Source of the DNA: an uncultured Methanosarcinales archaeon
GTDB taxonomy: Archaea; Nanobdellota; Nanobdellia; Woesearchaeales; UBA11576
Length of the DNA stretch: 64,000 nt
Direction: 5' to 3'
Assembly: GCA_964406185.1 (NCBI GenBank)
Contig: CAYOQS010000001.1
Location: 6,121-70,120 of the forward strand
The notes under the pieces were generated by a model. That model had not been told where the DNA came from and did no database searches. It saw only the letters and a program-made list of their open reading frames with translations. How positions within the stretch are numbered: the first letter of the stretch is position 1; each line of letters opens with the position of its first letter. Position numbers and translations under genes: made by a program. Positions 35,945-46,369 of the stretch are shown piece by piece.

Positions 35945-36391
35945 TCATTCTTTTTTTGCGAGAAATATTCCTGCGAACAGGAGTATTGCTGCGACAAGGT
36001 ATATTATCTGGTTGACCATGCCAGGATATTCTGGTATGGTGAAGGTGAGCGCTCCAAGCTCGTAAAGTGTTGGCACAAGCGCCAGCACTGCTATTACTAT
36101 GCCTGCCGTGATCGTCACCCATCTGAGCGTGTGTTCTTCTTTGATGCCTTCAGCTATGAGGCTTTTTGCAGCGAAGATGACCACGACTGTGACTACGTAT
36201 TTGATTATGCCTGCCTCTCCGAATGTGAAGGGCAGCACTCCCAGGTCGTGCAGGAGGGGTATCCCTCCGAGAAGCAGGAGGAGAATGCCGTTGAAGCCGT
36301 AGTTCATCCTTTTCGGCATGATTGCTGTCGACAGGAGTGCTATGACGACGACCGCAGTGACTATGTTGGTGAGCGCCGCTTCAGATACCAT
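35945..36391 (-). CDS. hypothetical integral membrane protein (about 4-5 TM)
   Basis: 148 aa, almost entirely hydrophobic helices. It lies 40 nt downstream of the DUF87 ATPase gene on the same strand. Confidence 0.6.
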   Translation of the reverse strand: MVSEAALTNIVTAVVVIALLSTAIMPKRMNYGFNGILLLLLGGIPLLHDLGVLPFTFGEAGIIKYVVTVVVIFAAKSLIAEGIKEEHTLRWVTITAGIVIAVLALVPTLYELGALTFTIPEYPGMVNQIIYLVAAILLFAGIFLAKKE

Positions 36392-36431
36392 CTATATCAC
36401 ATGTGATTTCATTCGGGCAGGATTGAGGGTT

Positions 36432-37799
36432 TCAGTCTCCTTTTATGGCTGTTGGACTCGCGCCGCCGTGCCAGGTGAACCTGGGCCTGACCCTGATCAT
36501 CATTATCTTCTCGTTCAGGTCGTCGAAAACCACGGCTGTTCCTTTCACTGTGGGCAGGTTGTTCATCGCGCGCTCTATCCCGTGCTCCATGTAGCTCTGC
36601 GCTAGCAGTCCGAGCGCCTGCACGTCGAGCCTCGCGGTTATCCTGTGCGAGAGCACGATGTCTGACTGTGTCATGACATCTGTGTGTATCTTTCCTGGCT
36701 GCTGGGTCGCTACTACGAGGCATGTGCCGGGCTGCCTTCCTTCTCTCATGACTATCTTGAGTGGCTCTGTTGCCGCGTTGGCATCCTTCTCGTCTTTCGG
36801 GAGGAATTCGTGTGCTTCGTCTATTACAAGCCATACGAGGGGCATGTCCTGCTTCTGGGCATCTGCCTGGCTCTTCTCCTCGAAGTACTGTTCGAGGTAT
36901 TTTATCTCTGAAAGCTCTTCCTCTTTCCTGAATGCCATCCTTGTGACGAAGAGATGTCTTGATACTATGCCCACTACCAGTGCCTTGACATCCCATCCTC
37001 CAGGCATGGTGGCGTAGCAGCTGACGTCGAGCACGCTTATCTGCCCGCCTTTGGCAAGCTCTTCTATCGGGGTACCTTTCTCTGAGAACACCCCCCAGCC
37101 TTCTGCTGTCTGGAACATGTTCCTGACTGCAGCTCTTGTCAGCTTGTCTGTATCCTTGTCGTGTTCTATGTACCCTAGTATGTCTTTCATGAAGAACCTG
37201 TTATTATTTTCGCTGAGCTGCTCGACGATCTTCTGTATGTACAGTCCGTTGGCAGAGTACTTGTCCTGCTTGAAGGCGACACACCAGTCCTCACCTGTTA
37301 TCATGTGCGGCTCTAGAGAGAATGGCACGTCTGTCCTTATGCCTTTCTTCTTGTAGATATAGTAGTATTTTTCAGGCGTGAATATCTTGACATCGACCGG
37401 GTGCGGATCCAGGCCGTATGGGTCGAGGAGGTGCTTCTCTTTCTGGTTCGCGTGGCCCATAGTCCAGTATATTCCCATCGTGTCCAGGAGGATTATGCTG
37501 AGGTTCTGCTTGACGCTGGGCTCAAGCATTGAAAGCCCTTCTGCTATCACGCCCATGGTGTAGCTCTTTCCTCCGCCCCTCTTTCCGCAGATGAGCATGA
37601 CGTGCGCTCCTGCCACGTCCATGTAGATGTTGTTCTCCAGGAACATCCTGTCAAGTTTCTCTATGTATTGCTTGCCCAGAAGTATCGCGCCCTTGGTGCC
37701 CCATTTCTCGACGTCTTTTTCGCTCCTGCCTATGACTACGGGCAGCTTTTTCTGCTCTGCTGCCTGTTTTCTATCTTCACCTTCTTTTTCTTCGGGCAT
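36432..37799 (-). CDS. HerA/FtsK-superfamily (DUF87-like) P-loop ATPase
   Basis: 455 aa with Walker A ICGKRGGGKSYTMG and Walker B LVWLVIDEAHEFLP, and the typical ATQQPGKI late motif. Confidence 0.75.
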   Translation of the reverse strand: MPEEKEGEDRKQAAEQKKLPVVIGRSEKDVEKWGTKGAILLGKQYIEKLDRMFLENNIYMDVAGAHVMLICGKRGGGKSYTMGVIAEGLSMLEPSVKQNLSIILLDTMGIYWTMGHANQKEKHLLDPYGLDPHPVDVKIFTPEKYYYIYKKKGIRTDVPFSLEPHMITGEDWCVAFKQDKYSANGLYIQKIVEQLSENNNRFFMKDILGYIEHDKDTDKLTRAAVRNMFQTAEGWGVFSEKGTPIEELAKGGQISVLDVSCYATMPGGWDVKALVVGIVSRHLFVTRMAFRKEEELSEIKYLEQYFEEKSQADAQKQDMPLVWLVIDEAHEFLPKDEKDANAATEPLKIVMREGRQPGTCLVVATQQPGKIHTDVMTQSDIVLSHRITARLDVQALGLLAQSYMEHGIERAMNNLPTVKGTAVVFDDLNEKIMMIRVRPRFTWHGGASPTAIKGD

Positions 37800-37947
37800 G
37801 GGTGTGGCCTTATGTTCGGTTGTCTGCTGTTGTTGACTTTCGCTTTTTGTTGACTTTCACCTGTTATTGTTTATTGTCGTTTATTTAAATGTTTTTGCCG
37901 TCTTGGGGGTCGAAAGATTTAAAAACACTGTTCGCTATGGTCGGAGC

Positions 37948-38586
37948 ATGCCTGAAGATACTCCTACTGAAGCTGTGTTGAGCATGAAACAGCAGGGTCT
38001 GACGAACAATCAGATCGTTTCCGCGCTTCAGAGGCAGGGCTACAACACGAATCAGATTCTTGATGCTATGAATCAGGCAGATATGCGAATGCAAACGAAG
38101 AGGCCGTTTGATGTTGAAGGTGGTAATATGGCGGATCCGAATGCTCCTCCTGAACAGGCGGGCGGTGCTTATCCTGGCGCCCCTGTTGGTGCTCCCGGTG
38201 CGGGGATGGGTGCTGGTGAAGAGCTGCCCATGGATGTAGGTGGTGGTGTTGAGACAGAGCGTATTGAGGAGATAGCTGAGGCTATAATCGAGGAGAAATG
38301 GACTGACTTGATGGCTAACATCAACAGGATTGTCGAGTGGAAAGAGAAGACAGAGACGCGCATTACACAGCTTGAGACGACCATGAAATCGATGAAGGAT
38401 GATTTCGACAAGATGCACAGCTCTGTGCTTGAGAAAGTGGGCGAGTATGACAGGCATATCGGTGATGTGGGTACTGAGGTCAAGGCTCTTGAGAAAGTTT
38501 TCCAGAAGGTGCTGCCCGGCTTCATCGAGAACGTTTCAGAGCTTTCCAGGATAACTGACGACCTGAAGAAGCAGAGCCCGAAATAG
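37948..38586 (+). CDS. hypothetical protein: small helical N-domain + G/A/P-rich linker + coiled coil
   Basis: ATG at 37948, with TATA-like atttaaaaa about 25 nt upstream; the track start is not ATG. The domains are AVLSMKQQGLTNNQIVSALQRQGYNTNQILDAMNQA, the linker PGAPVGAPGAGMGAG, and a helical C-terminal half. Confidence 0.55.
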   Translation: MPEDTPTEAVLSMKQQGLTNNQIVSALQRQGYNTNQILDAMNQADMRMQTKRPFDVEGGNMADPNAPPEQAGGAYPGAPVGAPGAGMGAGEELPMDVGGGVETERIEEIAEAIIEEKWTDLMANINRIVEWKEKTETRITQLETTMKSMKDDFDKMHSSVLEKVGEYDRHIGDVGTEVKALEKVFQKVLPGFIENVSELSRITDDLKKQSPK

Positions 38587-38652
38587 TTTTTGCTGGTTTT
38601 TTTTGTCTTTTGTGTTCTTATCTTTATATTATCGTTCTGTATGCTGTCTGCC

Positions 38653-39222
38653 CTACTGTTTTGTGGAGGCAAGAAGCCTTACTGTCAATGCGCCTATCAT
38701 CATCAGGAAGAAGAAGCCCAGTGTCTTCGGGTGGAAGATGACCCTTCCTACGTTCTGGTTGAAGTCTCCTGTGTCTGTTGTTGTATCTACTTCTGCTGTG
38801 ACGTTTGCCTCGCCCGGCTCTGCAGAGTACGGCAGCATCGCCCCTCCGTAAACGCTTCCTAGCGCTCCTATGAATATTATTAGCCCTATTATGAGGAAGA
38901 ACCAGTGGGGTGTCTGCCATACTGCGGCTACCTTGACTATCTTCTCCATCGGCGTGCCCAGGGAGAGCAGCAGAAGGAAGAAGAACAGTATGAGTATGAA
39001 CAGGAGCACGAACCATGGAGCCATTATGCCGATGACCTGGACCACGCCGGGCACGAAGAGCATCATTATGGCTATGCACAGCGCTATGAGCGAATGGAGG
39101 CCTTTGTTGTCTCCGAGTATCTTTGATTTCTCCAGGAGCGCGAATACGATCACGAATACGAGAAGGACTGGGAATATGACGTTGAAATGCTGTGCTAGTC
39201 CTATGTCCAAAAATGTTGCCAT
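38653..39222 (-). CDS. uncharacterised polytopic membrane protein, paralog 1 of 3
   Basis: 189 aa. It shares the N-terminal motif ...(V/I)(I/F)(L/F)P(F/V)(L/I)LVF(T/V)(I/V)(V/M)FA(L/I)(L/M)(E/Q)K... with the next two genes and has 4-5 TM helices. Confidence 0.6.
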   Translation of the reverse strand: MATFLDIGLAQHFNVIFPVLLVFVIVFALLEKSKILGDNKGLHSLIALCIAIMMLFVPGVVQVIGIMAPWFVLLFILILFFFLLLLSLGTPMEKIVKVAAVWQTPHWFFLIIGLIIFIGALGSVYGGAMLPYSAEPGEANVTAEVDTTTDTGDFNQNVGRVIFHPKTLGFFFLMMIGALTVRLLASTKQ

Positions 39223-39278
39223 CGATATACCTCTTTTTCAGCAAGGATTGAAATATAAGATGAAAAAAGATAAAAGGA

Positions 39279-39917
39279 TTATTTGTTCTTGGCTCCCCCG
39301 AACAGATCGCCCCATGAGTCCCTGAACTTCTCGAGGCTGGTAGCTGTTCCCTTCTCTTTCGGCTCTTTCGTGATGTACCATATGATTATGGCAAATATCG
39401 CCACCACTATGAGCATGGCCTGCGTGTCAGGGTTGTCCAGCCAGTAGAGCCAGTTGGGCAGGTAGTAGAACCATCCTGCTGCTCGTCCGAAGATGTAAAC
39501 GACGAGTATGAATGCGAAGAACGCTATCCAGCCTGATAGTGCGCCACCCCATTCTGCCTTGCCTCCGAACAGGCCTACGATCAGCAGGACCATCAGGATC
39601 GCGACGAGCACTATGGATACCTGTGGAAGCGCTGCGTTTATTATGTTGACTATATCCGCGTCAGGAGGGTAGTATCCCATCACGTGTGGTATCACTACGG
39701 CCAGCGCCATGACTAGTGCTATGACCACGTTGAATGACTTGTTCTGTGGCGTGCCCTGTCCCAGGGGCTTGACTTTCTGCATTATTGCGAACACTATCGT
39801 GAATACTAGTATGAAAGGGAGTATGACGTCAGAGAGGCCCCATTCCTGCATCCTGTAGAGTACGTCGTAGAAATAACCGCCTCCACCTCCATAGCCGGTA
39901 GCGTAATGATTTGCCAT
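39279..39917 (-). CDS. uncharacterised polytopic membrane protein, paralog 2 of 3
   Basis: 212 aa with GLSDVILPFILVFTIVFAIMQKVKPLG and a Gly-rich N-terminus (GYGGGGGYFY). Confidence 0.6.
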   Translation of the reverse strand: MANHYATGYGGGGGYFYDVLYRMQEWGLSDVILPFILVFTIVFAIMQKVKPLGQGTPQNKSFNVVIALVMALAVVIPHVMGYYPPDADIVNIINAALPQVSIVLVAILMVLLIVGLFGGKAEWGGALSGWIAFFAFILVVYIFGRAAGWFYYLPNWLYWLDNPDTQAMLIVVAIFAIIIWYITKEPKEKGTATSLEKFRDSWGDLFGGAKNK

Positions 39918-40084
39918 TTTTCTTTAACCTCCTTTTTGAGCGTTTGTTTCGGGTGTGTCTTTTTTAGTATGATTTAGTATGATTTGATATGCTTTGGTAT
40001 TATTGGTTTATTATGGTTTGTCTGACATAAATTTCCTTTATTATTAAAATTTATGCTATTATATGCTTACGCAGGTATTATTGT

Positions 40085-40639
40085 TTAGGTTTCTGTGTCT
40101 GTTTTCTTCGGGCTGGGCTCCCTGACTATCCAGTATACGAAGCCGACCATCGCTGCCACGAGCAGTATCGATGCGACGACTGTGCTGTCATAATGCTGCA
40201 CGATCCACAGCCATGCAGGTTCGAGCCATCCGAGGGCGTTCATGAATATGAGTACTATGCCCAGGAACATGATGATCGTGAAGAACTTTGCCCATCCGCC
40301 CTGCAGGAAGACTCCCTCTTTTGTCTCTTTCATGAAGCTTCCGATGAGTATGAGGAAGCATATGCTCATCATGAGAAGCAGCACCATGTTGGCCATGGTC
40401 TCGTTTATAACTGCGACAAGCCTTGATGATGCCACTACAAGGAATGCCGTGACGAACGCTACCATGGCGTTGAGGTTCTTTCTTGTGAACTCCCCGTCTG
40501 CTGTCTTCTCTGTTCCGAAGACCCTTGTCTTTTCCATTATCGCGAACATCACTGTAAAGACGAGAAGGAAAGGCAGCACTACATCGTAGATTCCCAGCCT
40601 GACGAAAAATTCGATTACACCTCTAAATGTGCTGACCAT
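40085..40639 (-). CDS. uncharacterised polytopic membrane protein, paralog 3 of 3
   Basis: 184 aa with GIYDVVLPFLLVFTVMFAIMEKTRVFG and the same TM layout. Confidence 0.6.
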   Translation of the reverse strand: MVSTFRGVIEFFVRLGIYDVVLPFLLVFTVMFAIMEKTRVFGTEKTADGEFTRKNLNAMVAFVTAFLVVASSRLVAVINETMANMVLLLMMSICFLILIGSFMKETKEGVFLQGGWAKFFTIIMFLGIVLIFMNALGWLEPAWLWIVQHYDSTVVASILLVAAMVGFVYWIVREPSPKKTDTET

Positions 40640-40766
40640 ATAAGCGCCATAAGGTTAAAAAGAGTATATAAATCTTTCGCTTGGTTTTGGACGCCGAAAT
40701 GACGAATCAAGCCATAAAACGGAAGATTTATATGAATATGGCTTTATCTGCGTTTTGGTGTTATTC

Positions 40767-41345
40767 ATGCTTGACAAAAAGGACTTGGAAAAGATTAAGG
40801 GCCGTATCGAGGCGTTTGAGGCGCAGCGTGATTCTGTGATAAAGCAGTCGCGCGAGATCGTGAAGCTCAGCAAGAAGGTCATCTACGCGGTCCACAGGAA
40901 TGATATGAAGTCCGCTGAGAAGGCAGTATCTGAGATGAAGTCTGGTATGGAGAAGCTGGAGGGTTTTGTAGATCACCCCAAGCTGATGAGTTCCGGCTCT
41001 TTCAAGGTCGCTGTGCAGGAGTACGTGGAGGCTCTCTGTTTCTTTGAGCTGATGAAGAACAATCACATCCCTCCGAACTCTGAGCTCGGTCTCGATCCTG
41101 AGTTCTACCTTATGGGCCTGATAGACCTTACAGGTGAGCTTGTCAGGAAAGCGATAAATTCCGCGATAAATGATGATTATGACACGAGCGTCAAGCTCAA
41201 GGGTCTGGTCTCTGACCTGTATGATGAGCTTATGCTGTTCGACTTCGCGGGGGGTGAGCTGCGCAAGAAGTTCGATTCGATCAAGTACGACCTCAAGAAG
41301 CTTGACGACCTTGTCCTTAGCCTGAAGCTCAGCAAGAAGATTTAA
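40767..41345 (+). CDS. translin-family protein
   Basis: About 192 aa. It has QEYVEALCF ... EFYLMGLIDLTGELVRKAI ... LYDELMLFD...GELRKKFDSIKYDLKKL, the translin/TRAX pattern. ATG at 40767. Confidence 0.7.
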   Translation: MLDKKDLEKIKGRIEAFEAQRDSVIKQSREIVKLSKKVIYAVHRNDMKSAEKAVSEMKSGMEKLEGFVDHPKLMSSGSFKVAVQEYVEALCFFELMKNNHIPPNSELGLDPEFYLMGLIDLTGELVRKAINSAINDDYDTSVKLKGLVSDLYDELMLFDFAGGELRKKFDSIKYDLKKLDDLVLSLKLSKKI

Positions 41346-41371
41346 TAAAGCCAGGATTTTTCTTTGTTGGC

Positions 41372-42523
41372 ATGGAACCTGAAGATTTCATCGAAGGGCG
41401 CAGGAAGCTTTACACTGACATTCTCTGTGACCTTATCAAGGCAAAGACGGTCAACCCGCCAGGAAATGAGTACCTCGCCGCAAAGATAATCAAGAAGCGG
41501 CTGTCCAGGATAGGTGCCAAGTACAAGCTGTATGAGAAGAAAAAGAAGCGGACCAATATCGTCGCCAGGGTCGGCAGCAAGAAAGGCACGAAGGTTCTTT
41601 TCTCTGCGCATCTTGACGTCGTTCCTGCCGGGGACGGCTGGGACTCTGACCCTTTCAAGCCGGTCATCAAGGACGATGTCCTTTACGGTAGGGGTGCGTG
41701 CGACAATAAGGGGCAGGCTGCTGCGATCCTGCTTGTCCTGGACTACCTTAAGAGTATAGAAAAACAATTACAGAACCAGTATATCTTTGTCTTTGCCGCT
41801 GATGAGGAGATGGGTTCCGGGCTAGGACTGAAATACCTTGTGAATGAAGGTATCATAGGACCGGATTATGCTATAATCCCTGATGTGAGCGGGAGCATGA
41901 AGAAGATCGACGTGGCTGAGAAGGGCGTGCTCAATCTCAGGATGACTGCCAAGGGGAAGCAGGCTCACGGCTCGACTCCGCATAAGGGCATAAGCGCGAT
42001 TGCGTGCATGGCGAAGTTCATCAGCAAGCTTGACCATTACATCCTTAAGCATGAGCTTCATAAGTACCTGAGCCGTCCTACGATAAATTTCGGCACCATC
42101 AGGGGAGGTGCTGCTCCGAACATGGTCGCTGCACATTGTGAGTGTGTCATCAACATCCGTTACCTGCCGTCGCAGACTCCTGATGGTATTGTCGGGGAGT
42201 TGAAGTCGCTTTCCGAGCGTTTCGGGGATTTCAGTTTCGATATCATCGCTCAGGTCCCACCTACCGAGGTCGATGACAGGAACGTGCTGGTTGAGACCAT
42301 CAGGGAAGTTGCTGAGAAGCACGGCATAAAGGCAAAGCCTAAGGGTCTGAGCGGGGCGACTGACACGAAGACTTTCGTCCTGAACGACATCCCTGCTGTG
42401 GGCTTTGACTTCGGCGATGATTACGTGGCTCACAACGCGAACGAGTACTGCAGGCTGGATAACCTGTTCAGGTTCTGCAACGTGCTGATTGATGTCTGCA
42501 TGGAGCTGGAGACAAAGTTTTGA
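41372..42523 (+). CDS. M20-family metallopeptidase (ArgE/DapE/acetylornithine deacetylase-like)
   Basis: 383 aa with FSAHLDVVPAGDGWDSDPF, LYGRGACDNKGQ, FAADEEMGS and HGSTPHKG. Confidence 0.85.
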   Translation: MEPEDFIEGRRKLYTDILCDLIKAKTVNPPGNEYLAAKIIKKRLSRIGAKYKLYEKKKKRTNIVARVGSKKGTKVLFSAHLDVVPAGDGWDSDPFKPVIKDDVLYGRGACDNKGQAAAILLVLDYLKSIEKQLQNQYIFVFAADEEMGSGLGLKYLVNEGIIGPDYAIIPDVSGSMKKIDVAEKGVLNLRMTAKGKQAHGSTPHKGISAIACMAKFISKLDHYILKHELHKYLSRPTINFGTIRGGAAPNMVAAHCECVINIRYLPSQTPDGIVGELKSLSERFGDFSFDIIAQVPPTEVDDRNVLVETIREVAEKHGIKAKPKGLSGATDTKTFVLNDIPAVGFDFGDDYVAHNANEYCRLDNLFRFCNVLIDVCMELETKF

Positions 42524-42641
42524 TGTTGCTTAATTAAAATCTGGCAGCGTGGCAGCTGCCTTGAAGCACTCGGATTTATCCATTTCTGCACCTAAAAGTT
42601 TATATTCTCAGAGGGATTAGTATAGTCTATAGGGGGTGCTT

Positions 42642-43289
42642 ATGATGCGTGTCGGTAATGTTGAGATTACGTGGCTTGGCCATTCTGGTTTCAGGATCAA
42701 GGATGTCATCGATAACAGGGTGATTTACATCGACCCTTATCAGCTGGAAGAGGGTGAGGTGGCTGATGCTGTTCTCATCACCCATTCGCATTACGATCAT
42801 TGTTCTGTTGAGGACCTGAAGAAGGTGTGCAGGCCGAAGACTGTTCTTTTGGCTCCTGCTGACTGCCAGAGCAAGTTTCAGGGCAAGGTGGATTTCAGGG
42901 ATTGCGTGATAATGGAGGCTGGCCGTTCTATAATGATGGGCAATATCAACGTCGAGGCTGTGCCTGCTTACAATACTGACAAGGAGTTCCACACAAAGGA
43001 CAGCGGCTGGGTGGGTTATGTGCTTGACATGAACAGCAAGCGCATCTATCATTCCGGCGATACTGACCTGATACCTGAGATGGAGGGGCTGAAAAAGATA
43101 GACATCGCCCTGCTTCCTGTGTCAGGCACTTATGTGATGACTGCTGAGGAGGCTGCAGAGGCTGTTGCTGAGTTTGAGCCGAAGCTTGCCATCCCTATGC
43201 ATTACGGAGCTATCGTGGGTGACAAGAATGACGCTGAGCGGTTCAAGGAGCTCAGCAAGGTCCCTGTGGAGATACTGGAGAAAAGCTGA
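42642..43289 (+). CDS. MBL-fold metallo-hydrolase (UPF0173-like)
   Basis: It has ITWLGHSGF, VLITHSHYDH, YHSGDT and LLPVSG. ATG at 42642 follows AGGGGG; the track start is GTG. Confidence 0.8.
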   Translation: MMRVGNVEITWLGHSGFRIKDVIDNRVIYIDPYQLEEGEVADAVLITHSHYDHCSVEDLKKVCRPKTVLLAPADCQSKFQGKVDFRDCVIMEAGRSIMMGNINVEAVPAYNTDKEFHTKDSGWVGYVLDMNSKRIYHSGDTDLIPEMEGLKKIDIALLPVSGTYVMTAEEAAEAVAEFEPKLAIPMHYGAIVGDKNDAERFKELSKVPVEILEKS

Positions 43290-43310
43290 TAAACTGTTGC
43301 AGCAGAATTT

Positions 43311-44450
<1,140 letters not shown>

Positions 44451-44541
44451 TCAGGGTAGCCGTGGCCTGTTTAAAAAACTACGCCCGTGCGCCTGGTTAC
44501 AACAAAAAACTATATAAATACAAGTCCAGGCATTGTCTGTC

Positions 44542-46296
44542 ATGAAACGCACTCATACTTGTGGTGAGCTGAGGAAGAAGGACGCGGGCAAGCCTGCCAT
44601 TCTCCAGGGCTGGGTTGACAAGAACCGCGATCATGGCGGTGTGATATTCATCAACCTGCGTGACCGTTATGGGATCGCCCAATTGGTGATCAAGCCTGAG
44701 AGCGGCTTCTTCAAGACAGCTGAGGGCATCAGGCGCGAGTCTGTTCTTGAGGCTTCTGGAAGTGTGGTTGAGCGTGAACAGAAGAATCCTGACATGCCGA
44801 CCGGTGATGTGGAGCTTGCCGTGGAGGAGCTGAATGTCCTGTCGATGGCTGACCCTTTGCCTGTCGAATATAAGGATATCGACAACATTACAGAGGATAA
44901 TCGTCTGAAGTTCAGGTATCTTGACCTTCGCCGTGCTGGGATGCAGCAGAACCTTCTCATGAGGCACAGGATCTGCAAGACAGCCAGGGATTTCATGGAC
45001 TGTCAGGGTTTTGTCGAGGTGGAGACTCCTGTGCTTGCGAAATCCACTCCAGAGGGTGCTCGTGATTATCTTGTTCCCAGCAGGGTGCATCCAGGGGATT
45101 TTTTTGCCCTGCCGCAGAGCCCGCAGCAGTACAAGCAGCTGCTGATGGTGTCCGGTCTTGACAGGTATTTCCAGATCGTGAAGTGTTTCAGGGATGAGGA
45201 TCTGCGCGCTGACCGTCAGCCGGAGTTCACGCAGATCGATATCGAGGCGAGCTTCCTGGCTCCTGATGATTTTTTCGGTATCATCGAGGGGCTGATGAAG
45301 AGGCTGTTCAGTGAAGTGAAAGGTGTTGATATAAAGACGCCTTTCCCGAGGATGACTTATCATGAGGCGATGGACCGGTTCGGAATTGACCGTCCTGACA
45401 CACGTTTCGGTCTTGAGATTGAGGACGTGTCTGAAGTGCTTGGAAAGTGTGATTTCAAGATTTTTCAGTCTGCTGTGGACAGCGGGGGGTGCATCAAGTG
45501 CATAGTAGTTGAGGATGCGGATTTCTCGAGGAAGGATATCGATGAGTTCGAGAATGTCGTGAAGACCTACGGCGCCAAGGGTCTTGCCTGGCTTCGCGTT
45601 GGCGATGAGCTTGAGGGTGGCGTTTCAAAGTTCATCAATGATGAGGCTGCTGAGAAGCTGAAGAATGTGGCAGGCCTTAAGAAAGGGTGTATGGTCTTTA
45701 TCGTCGCGGACCATAAGCATTATACTGCACAGACCGCTTTGGGCCAGCTCCGCCTTCTGCTGGGTAAGAGGCTTGGCCTTATCGATGGGAAGCAGGATGA
45801 CCTGTTGTGGGTCGTGGATTTTCCTCTTCTTGAGTTCGACGAGGATGAGCAGAGGCATGTCGCTGTGCATCATCCTTTTACCGCTCCGAAGCAGGAGCAT
45901 CTTAAGTATCTTGAGAATGAGCCTGAGAAGGCTTTGGCTGACGCTTACGATCTTGTCTGGAACGGTGTGGAGATCGCTGGCGGGAGCAGGAGGATACATG
46001 AGCGTGAGGTGCAGGAGAAGGTGTTCTCTCTTCTCGGGATCAGCAGGGAGGATGCTGAGGTGAAGTTCAGCATGCTGCTTGAGGCTTTCCGTTACGGCGC
46101 TCCTCCGCACGGAGGTATCGCTTTCGGCCTGGACAGGCTTGTGGCTCTTTTCACAGGCAATGAGTCCATCCGTGAGGTCATCGCGTTCCCTAAGAACAAG
46201 ATGTGTCATGCGCTCATGGAGGGCGCGCCGAGCGGTGTGGATGAGAGCCAGCTCGAGGAGCTTCATATCAGGTTGCGCGACAGGAAGACAGGTTAG
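44542..46296 (+). CDS. aspS: aspartyl-tRNA synthetase, bacterial-type (long form with insertion domain)
   Basis: About 584 aa from ATG 44542 (MKRTHTCGELR). It has FINLRDRYG, FFALPQSPQQYKQLLM, FRDEDLRADRQPEFTQID, an insertion of about 130 aa between motifs 2 and 3, and GGIAFGLDRL. Confidence 0.95.
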   Translation: MKRTHTCGELRKKDAGKPAILQGWVDKNRDHGGVIFINLRDRYGIAQLVIKPESGFFKTAEGIRRESVLEASGSVVEREQKNPDMPTGDVELAVEELNVLSMADPLPVEYKDIDNITEDNRLKFRYLDLRRAGMQQNLLMRHRICKTARDFMDCQGFVEVETPVLAKSTPEGARDYLVPSRVHPGDFFALPQSPQQYKQLLMVSGLDRYFQIVKCFRDEDLRADRQPEFTQIDIEASFLAPDDFFGIIEGLMKRLFSEVKGVDIKTPFPRMTYHEAMDRFGIDRPDTRFGLEIEDVSEVLGKCDFKIFQSAVDSGGCIKCIVVEDADFSRKDIDEFENVVKTYGAKGLAWLRVGDELEGGVSKFINDEAAEKLKNVAGLKKGCMVFIVADHKHYTAQTALGQLRLLLGKRLGLIDGKQDDLLWVVDFPLLEFDEDEQRHVAVHHPFTAPKQEHLKYLENEPEKALADAYDLVWNGVEIAGGSRRIHEREVQEKVFSLLGISREDAEVKFSMLLEAFRYGAPPHGGIAFGLDRLVALFTGNESIREVIAFPKNKMCHALMEGAPSGVDESQLEELHIRLRDRKTG

Positions 46297-46369
46297 ATAA
46301 GAGACTGGCGGATAGTCACAAAGTTTTATAAACTGAAATAAGTTATATGGTTTATCAGGGGTAATCGTC

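Noticed and set aside
41342-41767. The 141-aa minus-strand ORF overlapping the start of the M20 peptidase gene, and the many 60-120-aa ORFs in the track.
   Set aside because: They are fully nested within or antisense to genes with strong family signatures, and they have biased composition and no start context.
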